Origin: Eukaryota sp. TZLM1-RC
Taxonomy: Eukaryota; Protista; Metamonada: BaSk clade
Length of the DNA stretch: 64,000 nt
Assembly: GCA_040285825.1 (NCBI GenBank)
Contig: JAUPSS010000005.1
Span: 1,302,001-1,366,000, forward strand
Direction of reading: 5' to 3'
Shown here: piece by piece, positions 1-10,762 of the stretch
How positions within the stretch are numbered: position 1 is the stretch's first letter
How the letters are laid out: each line of letters opens with the position of its first letter
The notes under the pieces: generated by a model
The model's database searches: none
What the model saw: the letters and a program-made list of their open reading frames with translations, nothing else
What the model was told of the DNA's origin: nothing
Program-made: the position numbers and the translations under genes

Positions 1-48
1 TCAGCAGAATTTGGGAAAATTTTTGTTGAATGATTTTTTTAAAACTGG

Positions 49-1690
49 AATATTTATTGAGATAAAAAAACCCATCTAGAATTCAATATCCTCCAAACAA
101 GCGTCACTATTACTGAACCTACTCACAGCATTACGTTCATATTCTACACCAATAGCTAAAAGTGCCTTTGAAATCATTGTTGGAATAGACTTGAAAATGC
201 AAAAAACAATTCTATTTAACCAGAAAGTGGTGTTCATTGTTTTACCAGACCTATTCAGTAACACTTTTTTAAAATTTTCAAAAAAGTGCAACCCTGAAGG
301 TCCAATATCGCCAAATAGAGAAATTGCAACAGGCACAAACTGATATTTCGCATGTTCCACTCTACCTAACTGTGCCAAAGGCTCTTCATATTTTGTTATC
401 TTCTTTTTTCGGCGTAAGATAACGGCGAATCAGCGGAATACACTAAACGAGCAGCAGAATTTTTGCAAACATCAACTGAGACAACATCTACAACATTGAG
501 AACAGCATCGATCCCTGGAGCTACTAAATCTGCCCTTCTTTTACCAAAGGAATCATCAGTTTAATCTTTTTCAGTTTAAGAGAGCAAGCTTCTTGAAGGA
601 AGTTCCACAATATCAGAGGGGAAACATTTAGCCCAAATATTGGCTGAAAGAGTTTCAATTTCTTGTTGCAAAGAAATAAGATAAGAGCTGCCACAATTTT
701 CATTGAGATGAATTTTTGCAGGAAAACGATTCACAAATTCACAAATAAAATTCTTTCCACCTCCAATGAAGGCAGCTTTACAAAGGTAGCTTGATTTATG
801 AAAATCAACACCACCAAATTTTGTACCAGAAAAAATGTGGCTTCGTAACTGAGATCAATTTCCAATAATTTTGCTAAAAAATTGGTTCTTTGTTCATTAA
901 AAATGCGACAAAACTCCAAAGAAATTGATGGTGATGTTGATCTCAATATATGAGTAAATTTTGAAGAATAACAAAATTTTAGGAAAAAGAATTTCAAATG
1001 TTTCTCAATATTTAAATTTTCTATTGATTCTAATTCAGTTCCAAATTGAGTCAACAGAGTCGAAAGTTGGCCTTTGACTTCTTCAATATTTCCGAGATAA
1101 CAACCCAAAAAACGAAAACCAGACTGATCATAATTGATATAGGGGACATTGACATCATTAATGAAAAAATCAATTGGTTCATGGCCAATAATCAAACATT
1201 TGGAGATATTCAATGAGAGTCCAATATCTTCATAACGCTGTTGAATAAAAGTTGCTATTTGTTTCAGAATTGTAATAGGAGCAATTACAGAAATGTCATC
1301 CATATATGCTACAATATTTATTTCTGGGATTTTTTCTTTTAATTCGCACATTAATGGATGAACTGCCAGACAAAAGAAAAAAGGACCAAGTGGATCACCT
1401 TGTTTAACGCCTGAAAACGAAAGCAGGTCAAAGTTTTCATAGACCATTGTGGATGACTTTCCATAAAATGAATAGAAAAAAGGCTCAACTTCAGGAAAAT
1501 GCTTTCGCAGCAAAGGTAAAATGTAAGAACGAGATACAGAATTGAAAGCATTCTTAAAATCTAAATTGAAGATGTAATGAGAATCACTAGAATTAAAAAC
1601 ACTAGAATTGAATGATTTCCAAACAATATTGGAAGAGAAAACAATGAAGAGATTTGGCACACTGCTTTTCACACGATCGGAATTTCAACG
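49..1690 (-). mobile_element. Degenerate, 5'-truncated, internally deleted CRE/SLACS-like non-LTR retrotransposon, family B (RT + restriction-like endonuclease)
   Basis: ORF 731-1672 has RT motifs LDFKNAFNSVSR, GVKQGDPLGP and AYMDD. Minus strand 380-545 translates KRRADLVAPGIDAVLNVVDV (RLE PD..D-type core). ORF 76-378 has FVPVAISLFGDIG. The element ends with a short 3' UTR and CAATAAATA near 51-60. Confidence 0.85.
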
Positions 1691-1929
1691 CAACTTCGCG
1701 CAAAGTTTTCTGAAATCAAGATCAGGACTGAATAGCATGTTATAGGTGAAGCCCATGATGTCTAATGGGGTCAAAACAGGGAACAATACAAGATTGTAAA
1801 CTAAAAATGATGTAAAAGTGATTTTGGAGGGGTATTCTGCCATTCTGAAATTCACTGCATGTTTTTTGGTGCACAATTCAATACACTAATAATTAGTGAC
1901 TAATTTGTAGATACCCTCAGTTTTTTCAC

Positions 1930-2032
1930 CAAAAAGGACAACACAGATCACGATTTTGTAGAGGAAACCTTGGTTCACTTAATTTCATCCCATTAGTTTT
2001 GAGTTTATTTCATTGAGTGCTGCAGTTCAAAC
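1930..2032 (+). mobile_element. Decayed 3'-terminal fragment of CRE-like family A
   Basis: Matches gattttgtagaggaaa..ttggtt...cccattagtt.tgagtt of the family A 3' end (compare 3205-3290, 8808-8890). Confidence 0.7.
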
Positions 2033-2455
2033 ATTTGATTTTTAAGTCCAATGAAGACATCATGTTTGGATTTGTGATTTCAAACATGACATTAAAAACT
2101 CTAATCAGTATGTCGTTAATGATTATAACCTGGCAGAACATTTGATTGATAGGTGTTGTAAGACACATTAGTACGCGACCCTTGTTGAGCGGTCCATGGG
2201 ATACAAAATTGTTGGAGTTAAGAATCTAGGATGGGTATCTGACCCAGATGCCACTAACAAGACAGTGGGACTTATTCCATCCAATGAATATAGAATTTCG
2301 AAATTGTCAAAAGTAAAGAGACATAAGCAACGATTTATTCATAACAATACAGTAGCTGACCATGTCCGAACTGTATTGATAATCTAGCTAAGACCCTTAC
2401 AGTGGCAGTCTTTATGGTTCTTGACGCTGTGGTGAGAAATTCATTGAAAGAGATG

Positions 2456-2728
2456 ATCAGTAGTTAAGGTAGAATAAAGATTATCCTCATGGAGAATAGG
2501 CTAATCGAAACAGTTATTCATCACTTAACCTAACAAGCAGTGTAACATACATACAACACCAATAGTAGGTTCCAATAGTAGGTTCCAATAGTTAAACAAA
2601 TCTAGGGTAAGAGTTTCTATAAATGAGGTTTATCAGCAGTTAAGGTAGAATGAAGGTTATCCTCAAGGAGAATAGGCTAATCGAAACAGTTATTCATCAC
2701 TTGACCTAACAAGAGCAACAACATACAG
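2456..2728 (+). repeat. Two ~85-90 bp direct repeats (2456-2540, 2632-2715) around a 13-bp tandem repeat (CCAATAGTAGGTT x2.6, 2559-2592)
   Basis: Direct sequence comparison. Confidence 0.9.
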
Positions 2729-2795
2729 GTCAACTATGAAAACGATGTAAAAGAAAACAACATTGCAACACTTTTGGTATTTCAAAAATGCCTCA

Positions 2796-3290
2796 CCCCA
2801 GTTCACCCCTCCTCATTGTCCAAAATTGACAACTTATCGTTCTTCATTACATGATGCGGTTAGAGGCCTTCTTTTCAACGTGACAAAAACTACAAGAATT
2901 TCCTGTGTTGAAGAGCCTTTCTTTAAAAAACGCTGTCATTAAACAAGTTTCGTTCTGATGACAGAGGTGATATTTAATGTGATTGGATAGATAACTCTGA
3001 ACTTGTTGTTGACTTTGTTTCCTATATTGTTGCAAATGACCCTTTGATTCAAAGGAGGAAACTTCCAAAAAATGGTGCAAGAAAAAACAATGAAAAGATT
3101 TGATATATTTTTATGGCGTTCACGGATTCAATTTGCCATTATTAATAGATTACCTCGGTTTTTCAATCGAATAAGAGAAGCTTTAGCTAGACAGCAAGCA
3201 GATCAAGATTTTGTAGAGGAAATCTTGGTTCAATGATAGTCGTCCCATTAGTTATGAGTTAATTTAATTAAGTGTGCAAATTCAATAAAT
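2796..3290 (+). mobile_element. CRE-like family A 3' fragment with internal deletions
   Basis: Homologous to 8215-8890 (tcgttcttcattacatgatgc ... EEILVQ* ... caataaata). Confidence 0.85.
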
Positions 3291-3339
3291 ACATTTACTT
3301 TAAGGAGGAAACATAATCCTGTGAATGTTCTTTCGCGAC

Positions 3340-3645
3340 TTGTTTTTTTTGCTTTCTAATTTTTTATAAACGGAAGACAATCAGTAGAATTTGGGAAATT
3401 TTTTGAAAGGATTCCACAACTTGGTTCAAGAAGACACAACACAGCGCTTTGATATTTCTACAGGAGTTCTCGAATTATATTCTTCATAATTAATACACTA
3501 TCTCAATTTTTAGATTGACTAAGAGAAACAATGGCGAGAAGACATAATGCAGTGCAGCATTATGCAGAAAAAATTTTGACTAAATGAATTTCGTCCCATT
3601 TGTTCTGAGTTTGATTAATTAAATGATGTAGATTAATACAATATA
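3340..3645 (+). mobile_element. Highly decayed family A 3' fragment
   Basis: ataaacggaagacaatcagtagaa and tcgtcccatttgttctgagtttgattaattaa resemble the RLE region and the 3' UTR. Confidence 0.55.
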
Positions 3646-3769
3646 AACATTTGTGCCTCTTTCTATCCATACTTTAAATTCCATTCCAATCCCACTAGAC
3701 ACCCACGTTCACTGTTTTGACAGTGCAGCAATTCATGGCATTTTGAGTATCAGGTCAATGCAATGACGA

Positions 3770-4330
3770 ACAAGAAAGTTATCAGCTTGCATCAGTTTGA
3801 AGCATGCGTAGGGTAAGCTGTGATGAAATGGAATAAAACCTAGGTTTATTTTAATGTTAATATAATCAATTAATAGTCAAATATAATTTCATTATTGTTG
3901 CAAAAGCTTCACTAACACAAAGTTCAAACCTTCGTGACACATTGGTCACAAAAAGTGATGAATTTGATGACTTATTTTCACACGAAGCCTTTTCCAATAC
4001 CAATGATTGAAGATCTTGATCTAAAACAACTGAGTTGGATATATTTTTTAGAAAAATCATTTTTATACTTTCCAATCATTGAAAAAGCAATATAAATATA
4101 GAGATTAATATTATTATCATTATTTTGATTCGTTTTTCCATGTTCAAAGCGTTCATGTTGATTTCACATAATTTGTTCCTGGAAAATTGCCATTAAGTGA
4201 TTGGTAAAAACATCAGTTCCATTTTTCTGTATCTATTTTCATAATTTTTTACAATTGCTATTAATGAACTACCATTACCTCCAATTATTAATAAGTTTTA
4301 CAAAATCTTGATGGCTCTTCTAAATATTGT
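3770..4330 (-). mobile_element. Decayed family A internal fragment
   Basis: ORF 3866-4075 (VLDQDLQSLVLEKASCENKSSNSSLFVTNVSRRF) matches family A VLNQDLHSLLLEKGVCENKASDSSLFVTIVPRRF. Confidence 0.75.
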
Positions 4331-4669
4331 ACTTACTTTTATTTGTGCTTGATTTAGTTGGATTAGTAGCAAAATGGGAACCTCATTTGGGATAAATTTG
4401 GCAGAAGAATTGTGCAAATCCTCTAAGTCCATCGTATTGATTACCAAATTTGCTCATTTGCTGTTTCTCTGAATAGACGTTTTGGAACAACATCCATTTT
4501 ATCGATGAATTTATGAACTTGAACAAAATGAACAAATAAGCATTTTGATTTTACATTTTTCAAAACAATTCTCAAAGTTTTCATGAGCCTTCATGATTGG
4601 GAGTGTTAGTTATGAAAATATTGCTACAGAGGCGTTAAAGGGTATAAAAACTTGTTTGGAGGAAATTGA

Positions 4670-4914
4670 TTTCCAGATTACTTAATGCTATTAGAGACAT
4701 TGTTTTTAATATGGCACGAAATGCAAGAACCTCGTGTATCAAAGAGTTTTTGCTGAAAGAAACACTGTCATTGAATAATTTTGGTTCTGATGACAGAGGT
4801 GATGTATATTGTGATTTGATTGAGAACTCTGAAACTGTTGTTGATTTTGTCTCCTGTAATGTTGCAAATCACGCTTTGGTTCAAAGAAGAAAACTTAATC
4901 CTGTAAATGTTCTT
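4670..4914 (+). mobile_element. Family A RLE fragment, left half (interrupted by the LTR element, continues at 9257)
   Basis: AIRDIVFNMARNARTSCIKE..DDRGDVYCD..RRKLNPV. The sequence resumes at 9257 with LEFKA.(K)EKHRK-like codons. Confidence 0.85.
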
Positions 4915-5027
4915 TGTTGTACTGTGGACAATTAGTCTAGTATAGACTTCACTAGTGATGGCCTTTATAAGGGCCAGTGAAATTTAAATAAATGTTCTTA
5001 ATCCCGCACATGACACAAACAGCATCA
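4915..5027 (+). repeat. 5' LTR (113 bp)
   Basis: TG...CA ends, direct repeat of 9133-9256, contains TTTATAAG and AATAAA. Confidence 0.9.
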
Positions 5028-6277
5028 TTAATTAATGACTTAAACGGCCATAGTGCAAACAATCTCTTTGCTAAGGAGAGTAATCCTCCATCTACGGAGA
5101 GTAATCCTTCTTTCGAGAAGAGTAATCCTCCTCAGGAGAGTGAACTTTCCGCTGAGAAGAGCCTTGCCTCACAGAAAGGAAATCACCTCCCCAAGAAGGA
5201 GAGTGGTAATTACGTTGTTGATGTGACAGAACTGTACACATATCCTAACAACTCTTCGGAGCTCCTTCCTTGTAGGAAGAGTTTTCTTACTCCACGCGAG
5301 CAACGGAAATTTAAAGCGTTAGCAATAACTAACAATTCCAACGTTTGTACAGAAGGTGAAGGGGGTGAAGGCGAGCAACAGTCTACGACCGGTTCTTCAC
5401 GTAAAACTCCCTCCTCACCCACTTCTGACACCATCTCAAGTGAGGAATCACAAAGTGATTCCAAAGGAACTCATAATTAGGACAACAGCAGAAGAGGGGA
5501 TGAGAGCGATGATGAACCTCCTCATACACTCAATCCTTCTAATCCAACTCCAAGTTTTTCATCTACGGAAAGGACTGCTCAAGGTCTTTACCGAAGGAAA
5601 CCAGCAATGGCAGTTGAGGCTGTAACTAGAAATTTCCTTTTGGATCTCATCGCCAATCTTCCCGATGATGTAATGGATTGGAGTGATGACGAATTATTAA
5701 AAATGGCTGAGAATGAGTCAGAACGTCTTTCGGGAGACGTAGACCCAGCCGAATGTGAGAAGGTCAGACGTGACTATTTAGCGAAACGTTGGCCCTTTCT
5801 CTTTGGGGAAGCCCACGGCAAAACACTTGACGATGTCGTCTACGAGAGTTATGATCAGAGTTCAATTCTTTTAAAGAGATTGGATATGATTTTACCGATT
5901 CGGCAGTTTCGTGTGGGATGAGTGCAGTCGAGGATTGCTATTTTAGTGCTCCTTGTTCAAAGTATCAAGCTGCTACTCCTAGACCTGCCAAATGGCATAG
6001 GGATGCGATTGATGACCGCAAAATAAATTTCAGTGGAAATCAAGAAGCTTACGACAGACTATTTTGGATAACTAAAATGTATCCTCATAATCAACACGGT
6101 AGAAACCTTAGCGGCGTCATAAGGCATTTCCTAGTGGAGAACATACACCCAAAAGATTCAATTGCGGACATTTTACTTATGCTTGGGGGTAGATTCGATG
6201 AATCTCGAGGCGACACCCTTCAATTTCATGCCAAAGAGTCCTACATTAGAGAAATAGGCACCAACAGGGATGACTAA
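4992..6277 (+). pseudogene. Frameshifted first ORF region of the LTR element (Ser/Glu/Pro-rich N-terminus followed by a globular region of unknown function)
   Basis: Overlapping or adjacent ORFs 4992-5480, 5607-5921 and 5918-6277 directly downstream of the 5' LTR. No recognisable motif. Confidence 0.5.
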
Positions 6278-6381
6278 AGCGATAAAGTACTTTAGTCACT
6301 TTACTTTACTTAAAGTAAATAAAGTATTTAATTCCTTTTTTAAGACCACTTAAGTCATCCCTGGGCACCAGGGTAATTGAA

Positions 6382-6666
6382 TTGAAAGAGCAACATGTTG
6401 GCAACAAATTAAAATTAGTTTATCCTGATGCATGGATGGCAAAACTCAAGGCATGGGTTGATAGCTGGCCCGACCAAAATGTTTTTGAGAACGTCTTAAT
6501 AAAAAAAAGTTGCCTCCCATATGATCATAAATCAGCAGGGGTCCCTAGAGGATCTAAAGATGCACCAGATTGGGTGGACTTAAGGCCACCAGCCCAGACT
6601 GTACCTGTGCAGGAGGAACCTCCTAAGACAAGATTTATCATAAAGATGGGCGAAACATTGCCTTGA
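6382..6666 (+). pseudogene. Second ORF remnant of the LTR element (possible gag N-terminus), cut by a deletion near 6690
   Basis: Position between ORF1 and the integrase core only. Confidence 0.35.
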
Positions 6667-6744
6667 AAAGAGAGGAATATGAATTTGAATTGAATGCAGT
6701 GGAGGCAACACTGCACTCCTATGGAGTGTAGTATCAATTGTTGG

Positions 6745-7479
6745 TATCCCACTGTTAATTCATAGTGACAATGGTATTGAATTTGCAAATGCCATTTTCA
6801 AAGGGTTATGCGATTTATTAAACATTGAAGTAGGTCGTTCACTGACTAGCTTTTCACAAAGCAACGGTTCAGTAGAAAGACGACACAGAGACATTTTACA
6901 AAGTCTACGAAAGATTTTGGTGGACTCTAGCAATTGGAGTGAATATAGTCCAATTGTACAACTTCAAATCAATTCAACTATTAGTAGAGTTACTGGTCAT
7001 TCGCCCTACAATTTAATGTTTGGTAGCGACCACAGCCCTAGAGCTGATCCTAGTAATATGTTTGAACTAATAAAAAAGCTAATGTTAATATTCCCTTTGT
7101 TATAGATCTTGAAGCAAAACTTGAAAAGATTTCAAAGAAGAGAGAAGAGGCAGAGCTCAGGCAAGCTCAACAACTGCCTGAAGTCAACAACCATAGGAAC
7201 CCTTTTAATAAAGATGACTTAGTTTTGCGATTAAAGACTAATGCTAAACTCCGTGGTTGCTTCGCTGGCCCTTTTCTCGTTGAAGAAGTTAAATCCAATA
7301 AAAGTTTGTTACTCAAGAATCTCGTCACTGGTTCGATGTCTACGGCAAGTATTAATCATTGTAAACTATACCTCTCTGACTTTCCTAAGGAAGATATAGA
7401 TGGGCATAACAACATTGCTGCCGGTGATATGGAAAAATCTGTGATTATTAAGATTATAGATCACTTCGATTTTCTAGAC
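6745..7479 (+). pseudogene. Ty3/gypsy integrase core and C-terminal region (frameshift near 7080)
   Basis: PLLIHSDNGIEF...SQSNGSVERRH with exactly 35 residues between D and E, then NSTISRVTGHSPYNLMFG, FAGPFLVEEV (GPY/F motif) and IIKIIDH. Confidence 0.9.
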
Positions 7480-8896
7480 ATGAATTTAGATATAAAAAAA
7501 CACATCAAATTTACCATTATAAGACTGTATTTTAGTTCCAATTTTAATCATATATTTCGATCTACAAATCCTCTCGTCACTAGACCTTTGGCTCAAAAGT
7601 TTAATGAGTTACGTGCAAAAGTTCTGTCTCAATTACTGGGATGTAAAATGTTTCAAATTCCAGATCATGCTTACCTTAGTCCACATTATGGTGGTTTAGG
7701 GTGGACGAAGGCTTCTATTCTTACCTCGTGTGCTTTTGTTGGTGGATGCAGAAATGCAATCTTTGAGTTTTCTGAAAGATTTGCAGATTGGGAAGATTTA
7801 TTGATGACAACGCAAAGTTCCACTGTTTTTGCATTAACTAAAGAAATTTCAAGAATTGATGTAGAAAAATGGGGTCGATGTTTTCCCCAATCATTCAATG
7901 GCAATATTCCAGAAAAAAAGTTTTAAATTTAAAGTACCCTCTTCGAACATTACAGAACCGATTGACTGGAATGTATGAAAAAGATCTTTATAATAATATA
8001 TGCAGCTCGGCTGTTTTAAATCAAGATCTTCACTCATTGTTATTGGAAAAGGGTGTTTGTAAAAAGAAGTCGTCAAATTCTTCACTTTTTGTAACCATTG
8101 TACCACGAAGATTTGGATTGTTTGCCACTAATGAAGCATTTGTAACAAAAATGATATTATATTTGAACATACCCATTAACCAATTATTATCAAAAGAAAA
8201 ATGTATTTGTTCGAATTCACCTCAACTCACTTTGCACCATGCTCTAAATTGCTCTAAATTGATAACTTATCGTTCTTCATTACATGATGCTGTTAGAGAC
8301 ACTGTTTTCAATATGGCACAAACTGCAAGGATATCGTGTATCAAAGAGCCCCTGCTGAAGGAAACACTTGCTCTGAATAATTTTGGTTCTGATGATAGAG
8401 GTGATGTATACTGTGATTGGATTGATAATTCTGAAGCTATTGTTGACTTTGTCTCATGTAATGTTGCAAATGATACTTTGGTTCACAGAAGAAAACTTAA
8501 TCCTGTGGCTGCTCTGGATTTTAAAGCAAAAGAAAAACATAGAAAATATGATAAAGACATTGAAGATGCAAATGTCGATAGAAATACACAGCTGGTTTTT
8601 ATTGCTTTCCCATTTTCGATAAATGGAAGATTATCAGTTGAAGCAGAAACTTTTTTGGATGACTTCCAAAAAATGGTGAAAGAAAAAACAATGAAAAGAT
8701 TTGATATTTTTTTATGGCGTTCACGGATTCAATTTGCCATTATTAATAGATTACCGCGGTTTTTCAATCGAATTAGAGAAGCTTTAGCTAGACAGCAAGC
8801 AAATCAAGATTTTGTAGAGGAAATCTTGGTTTAATGATAGTCGTCCCATTAGTATTGAGTTAATTTAATTAAGTGTGCAAGTTCAATAAATATATT
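7480..8896 (+). mobile_element. 5'-truncated family A CRE-like insertion with an 11-bp TSD ATTTTCTAGAC (7469-7479, 8897-8907)
   Basis: RT thumb region, CCHC knuckle CICSNSPQLTLHHALNC, HDAVRD, RGDVYCD..IVDF, KEKHRKY. One frameshift at an A-run near 7912-7920. Confidence 0.93.
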
Positions 8897-9132
8897 ATTT
8901 TCTAGACTCGAATGATAATAAAATTTTTTATTTCACAGCAGTTTGGTATGGCGGCGAGACATCGTCTGTTCCAGTTGCTGACGTCAAAAGCACTGAGGCA
9001 TACAAATCATATTTGCGTACCCTTGGTCCTCACACTACCAGGAAAATGAATTCCAATTCTAAATCTAAGACTAATTCCCCTGCAGTTAATTTTTATAACT
9101 CTCGCACGAGATCCAAGAGAGAGAAAAGGTAG
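8897..9132 (+). pseudogene. Remainder of the integrase C-terminus (chromodomain-like), ending in the polypurine tract
   Basis: Rejoined across the TSD it reads IIKIIDHFDFLDSNDNKIFYFTAVWYGGETSSVPVADVKSTEAYKSYLR...KREKR*. PPT AAGAGAGAGAAAAGGTAG at 9115-9132. Confidence 0.75.
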
Positions 9133-9256
9133 TGTTGTACTGTGGACAATTAGTCATGTATAGACTTCACTAGTGATGGTCATTATAAGGGCCAGTGAAA
9201 TTCAAATAAATATTCTTTATCCCGCTTTATTGTTTCACATGACACAAACAACATCA
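9133..9256 (+). repeat. 3' LTR (124 bp)
   Basis: Direct repeat of 4915-5027 with an 11-bp indel and several substitutions. Confidence 0.9.
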
Positions 9257-9615
9257 TCTTGAATTTAAAGCTTAAAGAAAACATAGAAAACATGACAAAG
9301 ATATCGAAAATGCTAATGCTGATAGAAATAGACCACTTGTTTTTATTGCTTTTTCATTTTCTATAAACGGAAGACTATCAGTTGAAGCAGGAACTTTTTT
9401 GAATGAGTTCCAGAAAATGGTTCAAGAAAAAGCAATGAGAAGATTTGATAACTGTTTATGGCACTCTCAAATTCAATTTGCCATCATTAATAAATTGCCT
9501 CGGTTTTTCAATCGAATTAGAAAAGCTTTAGCTAGACAGCAAGCAGATCAAGATTTTGTAGAGAAACTTCGACCCATTAGTTTTGAGTTTATTTTGTTAA
9601 GTGTACAAGTACATA
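9257..9615 (+). mobile_element. Family A RLE/3' fragment, right half
   Basis: NEFQKMVQEKAMRRFD..QFAIINKLPRFFNRIRKALARQQADQDFVE followed by the 3' UTR. Confidence 0.85.
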
Positions 9616-9736
9616 GTGAAAATCACGTAATTTAAAACAGCATCTTCTGCCATTAAATTGGCCCCTGATCCTTGTCACTTGAACACAATTCTATAACATC
9701 CTTGTTAAACACTTGTGATTTTATCATCCTTCAACA

Positions 9737-10762
9737 ATGAATACACACTGTTCCAAATACCTCATTATTGACACAGATGCCGGTGTTGACGATGCACAAG
9801 CTTTGATTTCTGCTCTTCGTCTTCAACATTCCTACACTATCCTTGGGATTACTACAGTTGAGGGAAACTGTCCTCGTCACCATGTTGATACCAATGTCCG
9901 TCGTGTCGTGAAGGCATGTAATTCCACTGTACCAGTTTATCCAGGATGTTCATCACATGTTGTTGAGCTACGTAAGCCTCACCAAGCATCATACGTACAT
10001 GGAGTTGATGGTCTTGGAGACGTTGATTGGAGTACAGAACTTGAAGGCACATTGGAATCCGTTTTCCCTCTACAAACCAAGAAAGCAGCTGTATTCCTTA
10101 GTGAATCTGTTGCAAAGTATAAAGACCAGCTTGACATTGTGGCACTGGGACCGCTGACCAACATCCACGTGGCACTAAAACTGGATGATTCTATTATTAG
10201 TAACATTGGTAAAGTTTTTATAATGTCTGGTTCATTATCTGGTACCGGTAATGTTACTAAAAATAGCGAATTTAACTGTTTTACCGACCCTGAAGCAGCT
10301 CACGAGTGTTTTAGACTGTTACCAAAAATAGAGTTGATCACGTGGGATTTAACTTTGTCTAGTACTGTTAATTGGGATTTTTATAATATATTGTGTAAAC
10401 AAGATTCTATTTCTAGTCGCTTTTTCAAGTTAATTTCTGCCAAAACTGCTCAATTTGTTTCAACTGAACTTAATTGCGGGTGGACTCTTCCAGATCCATT
10501 GTGTATGTTGGTCTGTCTATTTCCAGAAGTAGTCAAGAAGAGCTCATCGACACGTGTCAAGGTGCTGCTACATGGCGTTAATAGGGGTAGAACCATTCCG
10601 TTCCATCAATGGGAAGAGTTCAATGATAATGAACTTGATCTGATGTGGGAAGGTGAAGGTGAAAGAGAAGGTGAAAGAGAAGGTGTGGAGATGAATGTTA
10701 ATAATGTTGAAGAAGTGGATATGATCTTAATTGAAAAACTACTTGCTGATTCCTTGATTTAG
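9737..10762 (+). CDS. Inosine-uridine-preferring nucleoside hydrolase family protein (341 aa, intronless)
   Basis: DTDAGVDDA Ca-binding motif, GN, HGVDGLGD, LGPLTN, SEFN..DPEAA, LPDP. AATAAA lies ~35 bp after the stop. Confidence 0.95.
   Translation: MNTHCSKYLIIDTDAGVDDAQALISALRLQHSYTILGITTVEGNCPRHHVDTNVRRVVKACNSTVPVYPGCSSHVVELRKPHQASYVHGVDGLGDVDWSTELEGTLESVFPLQTKKAAVFLSESVAKYKDQLDIVALGPLTNIHVALKLDDSIISNIGKVFIMSGSLSGTGNVTKNSEFNCFTDPEAAHECFRLLPKIELITWDLTLSSTVNWDFYNILCKQDSISSRFFKLISAKTAQFVSTELNCGWTLPDPLCMLVCLFPEVVKKSSSTRVKVLLHGVNRGRTIPFHQWEEFNDNELDLMWEGEGEREGEREGVEMNVNNVEEVDMILIEKLLADSLI

Larger units (their letters stand above)
4915..9256 (+). mobile_element. Internally deleted Ty3/gypsy (chromovirus-like) LTR retrotransposon
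   Basis: Two TGTTG...CATCA LTRs, a 4-bp TSD TCTT (4911-4914, 9257-9260), a polypurine tract before the 3' LTR, an integrase D-35-E core, a GPF motif and a chromodomain-like C-terminus. PR, RT and RNase H are absent. Confidence 0.9.

Noticed and set aside
2456-2728. Canonical hammerhead ribozyme or CRISPR array
   Set aside because: CGAAAC is present but there is no same-strand CUGANGA core in the correct stem context. There are only two long repeats and no cas genes.
4945-4985. Hammerhead in the LTR (gtgatggcc...ggccagtgaaa)
   Set aside because: The core deviates from CUGAUGA/GAAA spacing, and stems I and III are missing. It is better explained as a simple bulged hairpin.
7469-7479. Spliced-leader gene targeting typical of trypanosomatid CRE/SLACS
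   Set aside because: The observed targets are other retroelement sequences, and no SL-like tandem gene is visible.
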